A DNA stretch of 64,000 nucleotides from Camelus ferus (Eukaryota). The stretch is from assembly GCF_009834535.1 (NCBI RefSeq), contig NC_045697.1, positions 107,944,001 through 108,008,000 of the forward strand, given 5' to 3'. The translations under genes and the position numbers were made by a program. Of the stretch, positions 12,671-25,486 are shown one piece after another (position 1 is the stretch's first letter; every line of letters begins with the position of its first letter). A model generated the notes under the pieces. The model had not been told where the DNA came from, ran no database searches, and saw only the letters and a list, made by a program, of their open reading frames with translations.

Positions 12671-13658
12671 ACGTCACACTCCCTCCCGCCAAACAGGGCA
12701 AAGCTGGTCATCCAAACAAGCTGAGCTTCTCTATGAAAACAGCTTCAGCCTCCAGCCACCTGAACTCCCCACCCTGCAGACATCACCTTCCCTGGCCCAA
12801 ATCCAAACCCTTTTCTGAGCTGACAAAAAGCAGCAACACCAAGATGGTGGCAAAAGGCCTGACGGAGGGAGAAAAACTGGGTGGAAAAATTACAGGCTTG
12901 GAGAAGCCAGCCCCTAACATAAAGCTCCGGGCCTTCCGGTCTGAGTCTGACCACAGGGAGAATGTCTCAGATCGTTTGTTGCTCCAAAGGGTCCCTCGCA
13001 GGACAACAGAGGGTTAGGGCGGGGTCTCCTTCAAAACTCATTAGGCGTGAGTCTACCTAAAACCCTGCTGTTTGTCTTTTTAGGTTACCATCACCTCTCA
13101 GAATAATGACTTCCAAAACACTCACCACCTACACGGTGAAGTGGATCTTCCTTCCATCGGCTCCAAGCTTTTCCCTCACAAACCTTAGCTGTAAGGGTTT
13201 TTCCTGACCCAAACCTTTCACGGCTTCAGAAATACAGGCTGTGTCTCCTTTTAGAGACAGAAGAGACCACCCTGTTTAGTCTACCTTCATATGGGCAACT
13301 TCCCCTGCCTGTGAGTCAACCCTTTGACCTTTTTAATGCCTTCTTCCTGAAAATTCGTGGACTCAAGAGTGTCTTCACTGAGGCTAGTTGATCATTTTAG
13401 GTTCAACAGAATAAGGTTTTATACCAGACTAGAAAATCTTTTCCGTGGTATCATTAACACCCAGGACTCTACTAGCCCTTTGGCTGTGACGACACCCCCA
13501 CCTGCCCCGTGCTCTGTGCACCCTGAAGGCTGCTCTTTAAACTCCACCTCTTCCCTTGTCTCTCTCTTCCTCTCTAGACACCTTTGGTTTTAAAAAAAAA
13601 CCACTATTTTTTTCCTTCTAGTTTTATTGAGATATAATTGACATACAGCACTGTATCC

Positions 13659-13780
13659 TTTTTTTTTTTTTGGAGGGGAGAGGTAATTCAGTTGTTTATT
13701 TATTCATTTCTTTAATGGAGGTACTGGGGATTGAACCCAGGACCTCATGCATGCTAAGCACGTGCTCTATCCTCCCCGCC
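13659..13780 (-). mobile_element. tRNA-Ala-derived SINE (camelid Vic-1-like) with a small deletion in the A-box region
   Basis: Minus strand reads GCTTAGCATGCATGAGGTCCTGGGTTCAATCCCCAGTACCTCC (B box GGTTCAATCC), followed by an AATA-rich tail and poly-A. Confidence 0.85.
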
Positions 13781-14099
13781 CACACCAGATACCTCTGCTT
13801 TCACAGAATATTTTCATTCCTCGGAGATGTCCTCCCCTCACAGTCAGTCATCAGCTTCTTTGGTACTGCCCCAGATGTTTATCTTGCTCAACTGTTCTGT
13901 TTTAATTTTTAGTATACATCCATCACCACTGAAATATTCACAGCGTGTGCTCCAGCAAGACCAATACTTGATTACATAGGCCCAAGAAACCAATTAGTTA
14001 AAACAATAAAAAGCAGAAAAACATACTGACCAACTGGGTCAAACTGGGGCCAACCTGTAAGGAACAAATATGACTCTAAAGTTCAGGCTGCTCAAGAGC

Positions 14100-14563
14100 G
14101 CGGTACCTGGAACAAGAGAGCTGCAGAATTCTGCAGATCCTCCCATAGGGGTGGAGTCTATTTCCCCTCCCCTTGAATCTGCTTTGAATGGAATGTGCTG
14201 GAAGAGACACTGTGCAAGTTCTAGAGCTGAGGACTCAAGAGGTCTTGGGGCATCTGCCTTCACCCTCCTGGGAAGCCCCCTCTGTCACTTAAGATGACCC
14301 AAGTGAGGTAAGGGAATGAAGAAAATCACGTGAGGCAGAGAAACCCAGCAGATGTCCAGCACCAAGGCCCCAACACGTGAGTGAGGTCATTTTGAACCCT
14401 TCATCTCAACTGAGCTGTTGGCTCCCCACATCCACAGTAATGAGCTGCAGCAGGACCAGCAGCGAAACCACCCAACCCACAGAACTAAATCTGAAATATT
14501 ATCATGTAAGCCATTAAGTTGGGGGGAGAGGTGCTTGTTACACAGCAACAGATAACTGATACA
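14100..14563 (+). mobile_element. MaLR solo LTR (MLT1 family)
   Basis: Contains ggtggagtctatttcccctccccttgaatctg and ends in ttgttacacagcaacagataactgataca, typical of MLT1. Confidence 0.8.
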
Positions 14564-14597
14564 AAGAGGCACATGATTAGTAACAGCTGACATTCAC

Positions 14598-14711
14598 CTA
14601 TTGCTCTGGCCAAGAACCTGGCACTGTTGAGATTCTTCACTTCTGTTCGAACACCCAAAGGCTCCCCAGGATGATGCACAGATATATTGGCATCCACTCT
14701 CAACTGGCCCT
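14598..14711 (-). CDS. GATB: GATB exon 6 (114 nt)
   Basis: Acceptor TTCTCTCCTTCCAG|, donor TAG|GTGAAT. Encodes [38 protein letters not shown]. Confidence 0.97.
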
Positions 14712-16699
14712 CTGGAAGGAGAGAAAAAAGACAACTCATTACAAATTCTCTGAGGCAGCACAGTCTTTTTAAGGCAAGAGAGTGTCCAGGTGCAATATCT
14801 AACTCTAGTTGCTGTTTAGTTACAGAGCCTAACTTCAGAGAGGTATGGCTGGTCCTGAAGTACATGGCTGGTACTTCTGTCCACTTATGAGAAGGACAGT
14901 CCTATGGCATCTGAGGAGTGTGCTGGTACGTGTGTTTGTATATTTCTGTGCACTTGTGCACCCGCAGAAGACAGGAGAAATTCTGGACATACCAGCTGGG
15001 GAAATCTCATTTTTTGTGTGCCAAATAAGAAAAACAACACTATAAAAATGGAGGTTTACTCTGCAGTTTTATTCTGAAGTTTTTTTTTCAAAGTGTCAGA
15101 GCTGGGTTGGGAGGAAGGCCTCAGAAATGATTGTCTGATAACCCTATGCTGCTCTCCTTTGGAATGTGGATTTCCAACAGCGATTCCAGGAGATTTATAA
15201 GAGAGTCCTTGAGAATTTACAGCTCAAGGGTAGGAGCCAGAAACCTGGGCTTTTCCCCTCTTCCTCCCGCCAGGTACTGTAATAATCTCTTCCTTCTGCA
15301 AACAAGACTCTGGATCCTTCCTGACGTGGTACGGAGCTGCTGCAGCAGATGGACAGAGGTGTTATGAAGGGGACGGCCTGTGGGGGGCCCCAGAGGACAT
15401 TCTCTGACCCTGAAAGTCCCTGCAGACTGGGAGCAGTAGCCCCTGAGGAAGCAGGTGGTTTGTGGAGAGGACTAAGAGGCTTTCGAGGAGGAGAGGGAGG
15501 CGAAATCCCAAGACACACAGAGAGAGAAAGACAAGAAATAATCACATTTCACACCCTGCAAAGGGAAGCTGAATTCTCTATTCTCCAATTTCATTTACAA
15601 TATTTAAAATAGAACAAAGGGGGAAGACAAAATGTTGGGATTTTTATGGATTTTTATTTTCTTAGGCAAGTCTTTAAACTGAAAAAGAATCTGCCAAATC
15701 GGAATGTTCTGATGGGCTGAATAACAAAATTCATTTCCCAGGGTTTCAGAGCAAAAGCATATTAAAGTAATACAAGAGTATAAATCAATCCAAGCCAAGA
15801 AAAAGAGACCCTTGGAACTGGTCTCTGTCTCTCCCAGTCTGCAGCTCTGACAGCCACCCACGCAGACATGCAGGGGAAAGGTGCCATTCAGTCCAGAAAT
15901 GACTGGGTCTGCAGCACAGACCTCTCAACATTTTTACAAAATCCTGTAGCCCCTTCTGGACAATGTGTGCTTCCCCGAATCTCAGAAGTCCCAACGACTC
16001 CTGATGCCATCAGATCCTCGGGCGAGGAACCCTGATTATCCCCCGCTTCTCTGTTGTCTTTGCCCTTGGCAGTCACACTGATTAGATCCAGGCAGTTCCT
16101 CCCCCAACACCCCTCAGGCCTGTCACTTCCTCTCCATTCCCACCACTGCTACCCTCGCCTGAGGACTCGGAACTTCAAGTCTGGGTTATCTTGCATCCCG
16201 ACCCTGGGCGCAACAAACCCTCCTCATCCAGCCACCCCCAGTGTGGCTGCGGTTTTCATCATCTGGGTGCCTGCCTGTGGGCACAGCCAGCTCCCACTGA
16301 TCAAACATCTCCTCTGCCTGGTAGGTACTCAACAGCCCTCATCTGTCTTGGCTGACTCGCCCACATTTTCCGCTGCCCATTCCGTGAGAAAGCCCCCTCC
16401 AAACAGGGGGGCTCCTGCGTGCCAGTCCCCGTCTACTTGCTGGATTCCATGCGCTTTCATCAGCACTCTTACCGTCCCTTCTTTAACCTCTGCTCATCAT
16501 TCAGGGTCCCACTAAGTGTTGCTACCTTCTCCTGGAAAGCCCCAACATCGAGCCAGCCTCCACTGGTGACTCTGAGTTATCAGAATACATGCAATCAGGG
16601 GCACAGAATTTAGCACCTGACTACAGTCTATTCTGAATTGATCTTATCTTTAGGGCCAGAATGGGAGGCCCTTGTGACAGGGGTCCAAATTTAACATCA

Positions 16700-18218
16700 C
16701 CAGCCTTCTTGCCTTCTCGAGGACATCACCCCTTCAGCTACCTCCTCTCTCCCACACCAGTCATTAACCCTCTTCCTCAGCATCCCCTCAACACATGCAC
16801 GTACACATACACACGCAACAGCAGTTCTCATTATCCCTTGAATCCAATTCTCTCTCCATCATTCAGCTTTCTTTTTCATTTCTCTGCTTTCTTTTTCAGC
16901 AAATCCTCTCAAACAAGTATTGTTTGTTTGCTGACATATTATCTCCATGATCTAACCTCCCATTTGCTCTTAAACCCACTAGGGCCTGGCTTCTGTCCCC
17001 ATCTCTCTGAAAAGGCCTTGTCAAAATCACCAACAACCCCTGGACCCAGGACATGCTGTGTTTTCACCCTGCTGGACACCTCAGTGCCATGTGACGCACC
17101 AGCCCACCCTTCCTTCCTGAAATATCACCCCCTCTCAGCTTCTGTGACCTAGTGTCCGCCGACCTCCTGGACACTATTTCCATGCCACCTGCTGGTGCCT
17201 TTTCCCAACCAAACTCAGGACTGTCTTCTTTACTTGCATTCTCTCTGTAAGGGTGCATGGTTTTTAGCACTATCTATGTGCTGTTAACTCCTAAATTTCT
17301 CTCTTCAGCTCAGAACCCCCTACTCTGAGTCCACACTGATCTCTGATGTCTGGAGGTGTCACAGGCATTTCAGTTTCCAAAATTGAAGAATTTGCACCCC
17401 TCAACCCCCGCCACAGCCATTCTTGTCCCCATCTCCCCAGTTTCAGTAAATAGCACCACCAACTAGTTCCTCAAGCTTCCCGGATTTCTTCCTGCCTCTT
17501 GCCTTCTACACCAACCTGTAAACAAATCCTGTGATTTCTAAAAACCACCCAGAATCTACCCATCTTGATTATTCCATCTTCACAGACACCAGCCCCGTCC
17601 ACAGTAGCATCGTCCTCCATCTGAATGATCACCAAAGCTTCTTAATTGGTCTCTCTGCTTCTACTCTTACCCTTCTGAAATCCACCTTCCACAGAGCAGC
17701 CAAAGTGGTTTTCTAAAACATTAAAATATCAGACTATGGTTCCTGTGCTTAAAAGCCCTTCCATGACCTCCCTCTGCACTTGGCATGAAATCCAAACTTC
17801 TTGTCATTGTCGGTAATGTCAGCATCTTTTCTGTCTTACCTGATGCCATGCTCCCCTGCACAATGTGCTTTCCCTCCGGGGGCCTCCTGCTACCTCTGTG
17901 TACCCCCAAGCACATCCTAAGCTTCTTTTCACCTTGGGGACTCGGCCTGAGCTGTTTCCTCGGAGGCTCAGACTCCAGCTCCACGCTGGGGGGGCCCTGA
18001 GTCACTGCAGAGGCCTTCACCTTCCGACGTTACTCTTCATCACGGGGCCCTTTACTTCCTTAAAGCACTTATGACTGTAACTATTTGGTTCCACTTGTTA
18101 ATGTACGTGTACCCCTCATGAGTACAAGCTCGAGGTAGCACGGGCCACGTCTCTTTCATGGCTCCTTTCAGAACCTGGAGCCGGCTCTGGCATGTGGTGA
18201 CTGTTCGATAAATTAATG
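16700..18218 (+). mobile_element. Degraded LINE-2 fragments
   Basis: Pyrimidine-rich L2-like segments (ccttgtcaaaatcacc, cttaattggtctctctgcttc, tgcttaaaagcccttcc) and an L2-like 3' end near 18120-18218. Confidence 0.6.
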
Positions 18219-19429
18219 CCCTGGTATCTTCCTAAGAGATGAGTAAGCAGATGCCTTACTGTCTCGTGGTGGGTTCCTGACAAGTTCTAAAGTTCGATCT
18301 GAACAGGACTAAATCTACTGGGATCATCGGAAAGGCCCAGTCAGCTCAAAGGAAAACTTCCAACGTCTGCTGAGCTCTGCCCAATCAAATCTCAACACTT
18401 GGGAGGTAACCTTTTTTGAGCACAGAAAACCCTGAACTGAACATCACCTGCTTTTAAAAATGAAACCACGTTTCACAATTTAGAATTTTAATTTGGAAAA
18501 GGAATAAAAGCATGAGTTTCAGTCTCTCCCAGAGAAGACCATATTCCATAGACGTCTGAGAGGACGCATTTAGCGTCCCGCAGTGCTGCTGTGCGCGAGA
18601 AGGTTCACCTGCCTGGATTCAAATACAGTATAACACAGTGTCAAACATTAGCAAAAGGCATTTTAGACAGTGAAGACAAAAATACCTTTTAAACAAATTA
18701 AGTTAAATTGCCTCAAGTCCATAAAAGCCTCACCAGTCAGGTTTGCTTCAGTGCATTCTGCAACCCCGAGGGAGGGCCTGCGTTCCCTCTTCATGAGACG
18801 TTATCAAGCTCAGTTTCCACCCTCGAGAAGTAGAGATTTGTAACAGCAAAATGAAAAAACTGTACCACTGAGTACAGTGATATGGTGTGGTTATTTTTTT
18901 TTTTTCTAAAGCACACTCACACATCAGAAATATAACATCAGGACAGAAAACTGTTTCTGTAAACAGCAGGGGCCTGAGGGGCTGGTGAGAAAGCATGTTA
19001 AGCTGTCTCATTCTGATCCCTGAATACTCTCCAGAACTTAACAGGGCTCGACAGAAAAGAAAATAAATAATGTGGCCACATTTTATTCAACATATTTCAC
19101 AAAGCTTATTCATCCAAAACGCGTGGTGATTTTGTAAAAATAAAACCACTTATCATTGTTAATAAAAGCACCTGACACTCAATGAGCACGGGCTATCTGC
19201 CAGGGCCTGTGACACGACTCACGTACATGATCACGTTTGTTCCCTACAAAGCGGCTTTCACAACCAAGCCACTCAGACACCCTTCAGGCAACTCACACTT
19301 CATGTTTCCAGGGTGGAACTCCAGGTTTTCTCCCCCAAGGCCATTCCTCCTTCACTCTCCCCACTCAGCAGCCCAGCTGGATGCCTTCTCTCTTATTTGA
19401 TTTCTTCCTTTCCCTTTGCAGACACAATT

Positions 19430-19830
19430 ATTTAAGGCCTCATTCTGCAAGTGCAGAAAGGGAGGCTCAGGGAAGTCAAACACCTTGCTGGGGTTTCTAC
19501 AGCTAGAAGTGGCAGGACAAGATTCCAGCCTGAGTCTGGGACCGCAGTGCCCCCAGCAGGCACCGTGCCCACGCTCTGCTCTCCCAGCTCTCAGGGTTGT
19601 TACCTCTGGCAGCCGTGGCACTGTCGTGCTGGCACTAGGAAGCCCAGCGACGCAGCACTTAAAGGAAGGGCTTCTTGAGCTAGACACACCTGGGCTCCAT
19701 TCCCAGTGCGATCACTTCCTGGGAGCCTTGGGCAAACAGCACAACCTCTCTAAGCCTCAGAGTCCTCACCTCTACACAGGCACAGTTATACCCATCTCTC
19801 ATGAATATCATCAAGTTTAAAGGAGATGAC
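19430..19830. mobile_element. Two MIR SINEs in opposite orientation (about 19430-19540 minus, about 19650-19830 plus)
   Basis: MIR core motifs gaggctcagggaagtcaaacaccttg and ccttgggcaaacagcacaacctctctaagcctcag. Confidence 0.6.
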
Positions 19831-20954
19831 AGATTAATTTTAAAAAAAAAGCTTAGTGAGCTGACGACCACATACTCAATGTTCACACTGGCAGATATTA
19901 TGACCTTTGAAACATTTCGTCTACCTCCCTGGTACATATTCGAACTAAAAGGCTGCTTGGAGGATCTCAACGGGGGCAAACGTCCACCGGGAAGGAACCC
20001 AGGCTGAGCTAGTCCCTGCTCATTAGCAAAACTATCAGGAACTCACTGAATCACAACCCCTGGCACTTTAAGCTTCATTCCAAAAGCAGGCTGGGGGTCC
20101 CCAGGTGCCCTCCAGGGCACGCCCGGGTCCCACAATGCAGTCTCCACTGCCATCGCGGTGGCCCTACAGTGGGGGAACAGAAGGACGGGCAATGGGTCTG
20201 GGCTGATAAAATGCTGATGGCACAGAAAGCTGGACCCCCGTGGACTCTAGGCAGACCCTTGCTTCCCAGCACTTCGGAACAACTGGAGCCACGCTGCTGC
20301 CATGCTGGGGGCCAAGCTGCTGGGTCTGGATTGAAAAGCAACAGAGAGTGTCCCAACAAACAAGATTGAATGAACCCGCTCAGCTGCCACTGACTGGTGA
20401 GTTCTGGCCACTGTGGTTTATCTCATGGCAAGGACCCAGGTGGGGCTAGTTCTCAGCTAATGGTGGCCTGTTAATTATTCCATAGGTTCGGTGGGAATCA
20501 GTTATTCTGAGGAAGAATGGAATAACTTTTCTAAAGCAACAGAGACTCAACACTTAGTGCATATGCAGATAACCATCCAACCTGTGGGTAAAAAAGCCCC
20601 GCGAGCCAGAAACTTAAGCTGGAGCGTTCTCCTCCTCTAAAACAGAGCCTCCTTTCTACAAAGCAAACTTGCAGGCCGCTAACCTTTACACCACTCAAAT
20701 GCACATGGCTGTTTTTTCAACCTTCAGCTTAAAGAAGATAGCGAACAAGCAAGTTCTGTCTCCAGGTTCAACCTGCACCAGGACTCTGATGTTACAATCT
20801 GTTGCCTGTACGATGTCCTGTGTGACAACTGTGGTATGATAAATTCCAAAGTCCCTTTGCAAATGTGACAAAATGGTTGGTAAATAGTATCATAAACTGA
20901 CAGGGAGCTGACTCATCACCATCAGTGGTATTTGCTGGGAACCCCACGACCACC

Positions 20955-21416
20955 TGCAATGGTTAATTTTATGTGTCAACTTGACTGGGCCAAGGGGTGC
21001 CCCGATATTTGGTTGGATGTTATTCTGGGTGTGTCTGTGAGGGATTAACATTTGAATCCACAGATTGAGCAAAGCAGGCTGCTTTCTCATTATAAGTGAG
21101 CCTCATTCAATCCACTGAAAACCTGAACAGGACAAAAGGTGAAATGGGGGGAATTCGCTGTCTCAGCCCCACTGCCTCTGATCTGTCTTCTTCGGCGCTG
21201 GGCTCTGGCTCAGCCTGGAATCTACATCCTCTCCTGGTTCTCAGATCCTCAGACTCAGGCTGGAACTATACCCTCGACCCTCCTGCAGCTTGCTGACTGC
21301 AGACCTTAGGATTTCTCAGCCTCCACAATCACATGAGCCAATTTCTTATAATCAATCTCTTTACATCTGACACACACACACGTACACACAGTCTGTTCTG
21401 TTTCTCCGGAAGACCC
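20955..21416 (+). mobile_element. ERVL solo LTR (MLT2 family)
   Basis: Starts atggttaattttatgtgtcaacttgactgggcca and contains ctcagcctccacaatcacatgagccaatttcttataat and ttctgtttctccggaagaccc, typical of MLT2. Confidence 0.85.
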
Positions 21417-22297
21417 CGTGTCCTGAGCTATGGGTTAACAACTGTAGATGAGGAATCTGGACCCTTTCTCCACTCTGTCAGGAGTGCTCTGCAAGTGGTA
21501 GAAGTTTTTTCAAAAGCCCCTCCCTGGGAACAGAAAATACGGGAAAACCACGGGAGAGATGAGCATTCAGGGACATGAGGGCCGGCAAAGCTGTGCTAGG
21601 AAGGGGCCGTGAAGAAACTGAGTCTGATTAAAACTTATCATCTTTATATCCGATTTGCAAACACTTCAAATGTGTAGTTTGCTTGGTCCCAAGTTTGCAC
21701 CTTGTTTCTTTTGTTTATTTTCATTCCCTATTACATTTCTACTGAACTTAAGACTTTATCTCAAAGTTCATGTTTTGTGAAGTCATAACCTTGGTTTGCA
21801 GTCGAAATAATATGGCTTCAGCTGTACCTGGATGAAAAGTCTATAAAAGAAGGGAAAGAAACAGACCCAAAGGAAAAGGACCAGCTAGCAACTAAGCACT
21901 GCCCACACAGAACTCACGAACTGACAGCTTCTCTGGGTAAACACCGTGCCTCCTCTCTGAGGACCACGAAGCTGCTCAAACACATTGTTTTATTAATTCT
22001 CACAACATTCTGATGCAAAAAGCCAGGAGAAAGCCTCTAGTCTCTCGACGCCTAATCTCACAGTCTTGGGCTTGGCGCCTCGGCACTGCCGCTGCTGGTG
22101 TGTTTAGTTTTGGTTGGGAGCTCAGAGAAGAATCCAAGGAAACTCTGAAGGGAAAAAAAAAAGCCCCTGAGGGAGAAAAGGCTGAGAAAAGAATGCAAAC
22201 CACCCGATGGGGGAACCAGATTCCAGGGAGAAGAGACCCTGGGAGCAGAAAGGGTGAAGGGAGGGGTGGAGAGGGGCCGTGCCCCTGGGGCTTCTAC

Positions 22298-22420
22298 CTG
22301 CCATGATGGCCCGACTGGTCCCCAGGGCTTGAAGAATCAGCTGCAGCTCCCTGACGGCCGCGGCCGCCTCTTCTCCACAGGACATGTCGGGCTCCAGGAC
22401 CACTTCCAGCAGGCCGACCC
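22298..22420 (-). CDS. GATB: GATB exon 5 (123 nt)
   Basis: Acceptor CTCTCCCTGGCAG|, donor CAG|GTAGAA. Encodes [41 protein letters not shown]. Confidence 0.96.
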
Positions 22421-22834
22421 CTGCCAGGGAGAGGCAGAGTCAGCCTGACTGGAGCCTCCGATCTGAGCCACACATCAATCAGGCTGACAACCCTGCGTCA
22501 CTGACGGGCTCTCAAAGTGGCTTCCAGCCTCTCAGTCATTTCTGCCTTCACCTGTGGGTCTTTAAATTTGGGTCTTTTCTTTTCCTGTCTGCTTCAGCTA
22601 TCAAGCTGCTGGGTCCGTGACGAGGCGGCTCCGTTAGGCTCACCTGAGGGCTGGGTCATCAGCGAGCCCACAGAAGCCACAGCTGAAGCCGTGCTCTTGA
22701 ACTGGCTATTACCAGCACTGGGACCCTCATCTCCACCTGTCAGGCTCCCTAGGCCTGTTTCCTCAATTGGCTTGGGAAAACCTTGAGGGGAGGAGAGGAG
22801 GCAGGAAGGGAAATGGAAAACTCTGCACGCCTAC

Positions 22835-23033
22835 CTGCCCTATTCAAATCCACGAGCGTCTGGGACCGCAGGTCATCGTGGAGACTCTTGCCGCTGTCTT
22901 GCTCCAGCTGGATCTGCCGGACCCTCACTGTCCTGGTGACCGCCTGACCCAGCTTCTTCCCCACGCAGACGCTGTATGCCAAGCTCCCGTCCACAGCGAT
23001 GGGGAGCCTCTGCTGGGTGATCTGGTAGCCTGC
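22835..23033 (-). CDS. GATB: GATB exon 4 (199 nt)
   Basis: Acceptor GTTTGCGTGCAG|, donor CAG|GTAGGC. Encodes [16 protein letters not shown]...[25 protein letters not shown]. Confidence 0.97.
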
Positions 23034-23759
23034 CTGCACGCAAACACGGGCCACAGGGTCACGAGTCAGTAAAGAAAAGCTGTGGACCAGTTTACCATTC
23101 CTCTCATTGTCACAAAACTCTAGGCTTACTTAAAAAGGCAACATAGCAAGAAAAAGAGGAAAAAGGAAAAGAAGAAGGAAAATTAATTGATGTGCTGGGG
23201 TCATACCTTAGCCTGGCCTCTTCTGGCTTTCCTGTACCCCACTCCCCACCCTTCCCTGTACCCCCAACCCCAATAATGAAGCAGTAAACAACATGCATCC
23301 TATCTTCCCTACCTACCACCATTTTGGGGAATAAGAGTAATCTCACTCTCTAAGAAAATACCGTATTGTTTCCACGTAGCTCAATAGCTACGCCCTGCAT
23401 CTGATTCCTGGGCTCCTGACAGGCCTTCCTCACTGGGAACTGCTGGCTTAGCATCTCCCATCTCCTCTCAGGACAGCCGACAGCAGTGGCTCGTGCTGGG
23501 TAGCTTGTTTTGTTCTTGCTCTTTAGCTAACCAATCACATCAGCTGCCCTCCCTAACCCCACTTCGCTTGTTCCTCTAGCCAGAAAATGCAGTGACACTC
23601 ACACTCAGCTAACAGAAAGCACGGAGTACTAAAATACTGATGGATGGTGCAAGGACTCCCTCACCACCTTCTAAATGGAGGCACACGTGCACCAGTACGC
23701 ACTGAAGAGAGGGTGGGTCAGAGTGGAGAACAGGAGGAGAGCAGACACACGGTGTCCCC

Positions 23760-23940
23760 ATACACTGTTCTCAGTGCTTCATGCCGTCTAACCCTCACGA
23801 CAACCCTAGGAGAGAGGTGCAAGGCACGGAGGGGTTAAGAGCCCTTGCCCAAAGCCATGGAGCTGGTAAGTACTAATGTACTTAGTACTTACTAAGTACT
23901 CAGCTGGTCTGGCTCCAGAGTCCGTGCTCCTGGCCACTCA
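23760..23940 (-). mobile_element. MIR SINE
   Basis: gaggggttaagagcccttgcccaaagccatggagctggtaagt...tctggctccagagtccgtgctc matches the MIR reverse complement. Confidence 0.65.
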
Positions 23941-23941
23941 G

Positions 23942-24130
23942 CAGGTATTGTTCAATCGTGAACGGCATTGAAATCACCTGGCCGGATGGTCAGAACACAG
24001 ACCATCTGGCCCAACTGAAGAGCCTCCAGTTCTGCAGGTCTGGGGAGGCGCCCAGGAGTGTCTGTTTCTCCTGCGGTCCTAGGAGATGCTGATGCTCGTG
24101 GCCTGTGGCACACACTCTGAGAACCACCGC
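23942..24130. mobile_element. MER5A-like hAT-Charlie MITE
   Basis: Motifs gaaatcacctgg, caggtctggggaggcgcccagga, gatgctgatgct and cacactctgagaaccac. Confidence 0.7.
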
Positions 24131-24196
24131 ATTCCGCCACCTTACTCTCGGGGCTGAGACAGGAAGTCTCAATTTGTAAAAATTAATGTGTGGGGA

Positions 24197-24312
24197 CAGG
24201 TTGCCAAATAACATACAGATGCTCAGTCAAACTAGAATAATTTGAGTAAATTGTTTACTTAGATAAAGACGGATACTTTTTTAGTATAAGTGTGTCCCGT
24301 GTGCAATTTGGC
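24197..24312. mobile_element. MER53-like hAT MITE fragment
   Basis: Motifs caggttgccaaata and ttttttagtataagtgtgtccc...tgcaatttgg. Confidence 0.55.
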
Positions 24313-25372
24313 TGACACTAACTGCAGATGATCTGAACTGCCTGGGCCAGAGAGACCAGGAGGCAGGAATCATCAGGACATCTCACTCTAGTCTCACACT
24401 GCTAAGTCTCCCACCTTAACCAAACTGCTCATCGCTCTCAAAAGGTGAAAATAATGCAGTTGAATTCTCTCCACCCTCCCAGGCAGGAGAATTTGCTAAA
24501 AGGCTGGCAGCCAGGGGGAAAAAGCAGCAGCAACTGGAGGGAACTCAGGCTTTCAGTGTATTTTGTGTTGAATTCCACCTCTGCCCTCACCCCCTGAAAA
24601 CAGCTCACCCCTGTCTTCAGTTCAAGGAAAATCACATGGAGGAACAGTATCACTACTGTGTTCCTACATCTGAAGAAGGGCCACGCTTGCCATCAGAGGC
24701 TCAGAACGCATGAAATATTATTTTGGGAAACCCACTCAACATTACAGTTTTGGTTCAGTTCAATATTATGAAAAATTGGCTCTAGTTCACACTGGCTTCT
24801 CTTAAAGGAGAAAACTTTCTAGTTTTAAGGAAAGAGTGGGTTAATACAGGGCTCGCTGCTCGGGCAATTACTGCTGTTCGCCCAGGCTTCTGGTTCGTGT
24901 TTCTGCTCACTCTTGTCCACTTACATGGTCCCTGGGAGATGACAGGGGTATCTCCAAAGGAGACAGTCCTATTACTGGGAGCTGCCACTTAAAAGAAGGC
25001 CGCTCTCGCTGTCTCCAGAGCCACTGATGCACTGACCCCTGCATCAGCCACAGAGGCAGCTTCTGCCCTAACAGGCAATTAGCACCACACGCCACAGCAG
25101 GGCTGAGCCTGGGAACGCGGGCGGCTCCTACTCCCCGTTCAATTACGAGCCAGCCACCAGAAGCATGAGGCTGGGCCAGGAGTCGGCAATCAGGACCACG
25201 GCATCCAATCTAGGAAACGTCAGGGGGCACAGGCTTCATCGGGGCCGGGCAGAGTCCCCCGCCGGGCGGGCTGGATGGACCTCTAGCTGAAGACACGAGC
25301 ACACGGCCCTCCTCCGGCTGCAAACCCCCAGCTCCAAGGACCTGCCACGGGCGGACGGCAGAGCGTACTTAC

Positions 25373-25486
25373 CGGGAGGTCTGCGTAGAAGTAGTGCTTC
25401 CTGTCAAACAAGGACTTCTTGTTTATGCGGCAGTCCAGGGCCAGGCCGGTCATCACGGCTGCCTCCACGCACCTCCTGTTGAGCAC
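25373..25486 (-). CDS. GATB: GATB exon 3 (114 nt)
   Basis: Acceptor TGTCCCCACAG|, donor CCG|GTAAGT. Encodes [38 protein letters not shown]. Confidence 0.97.
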
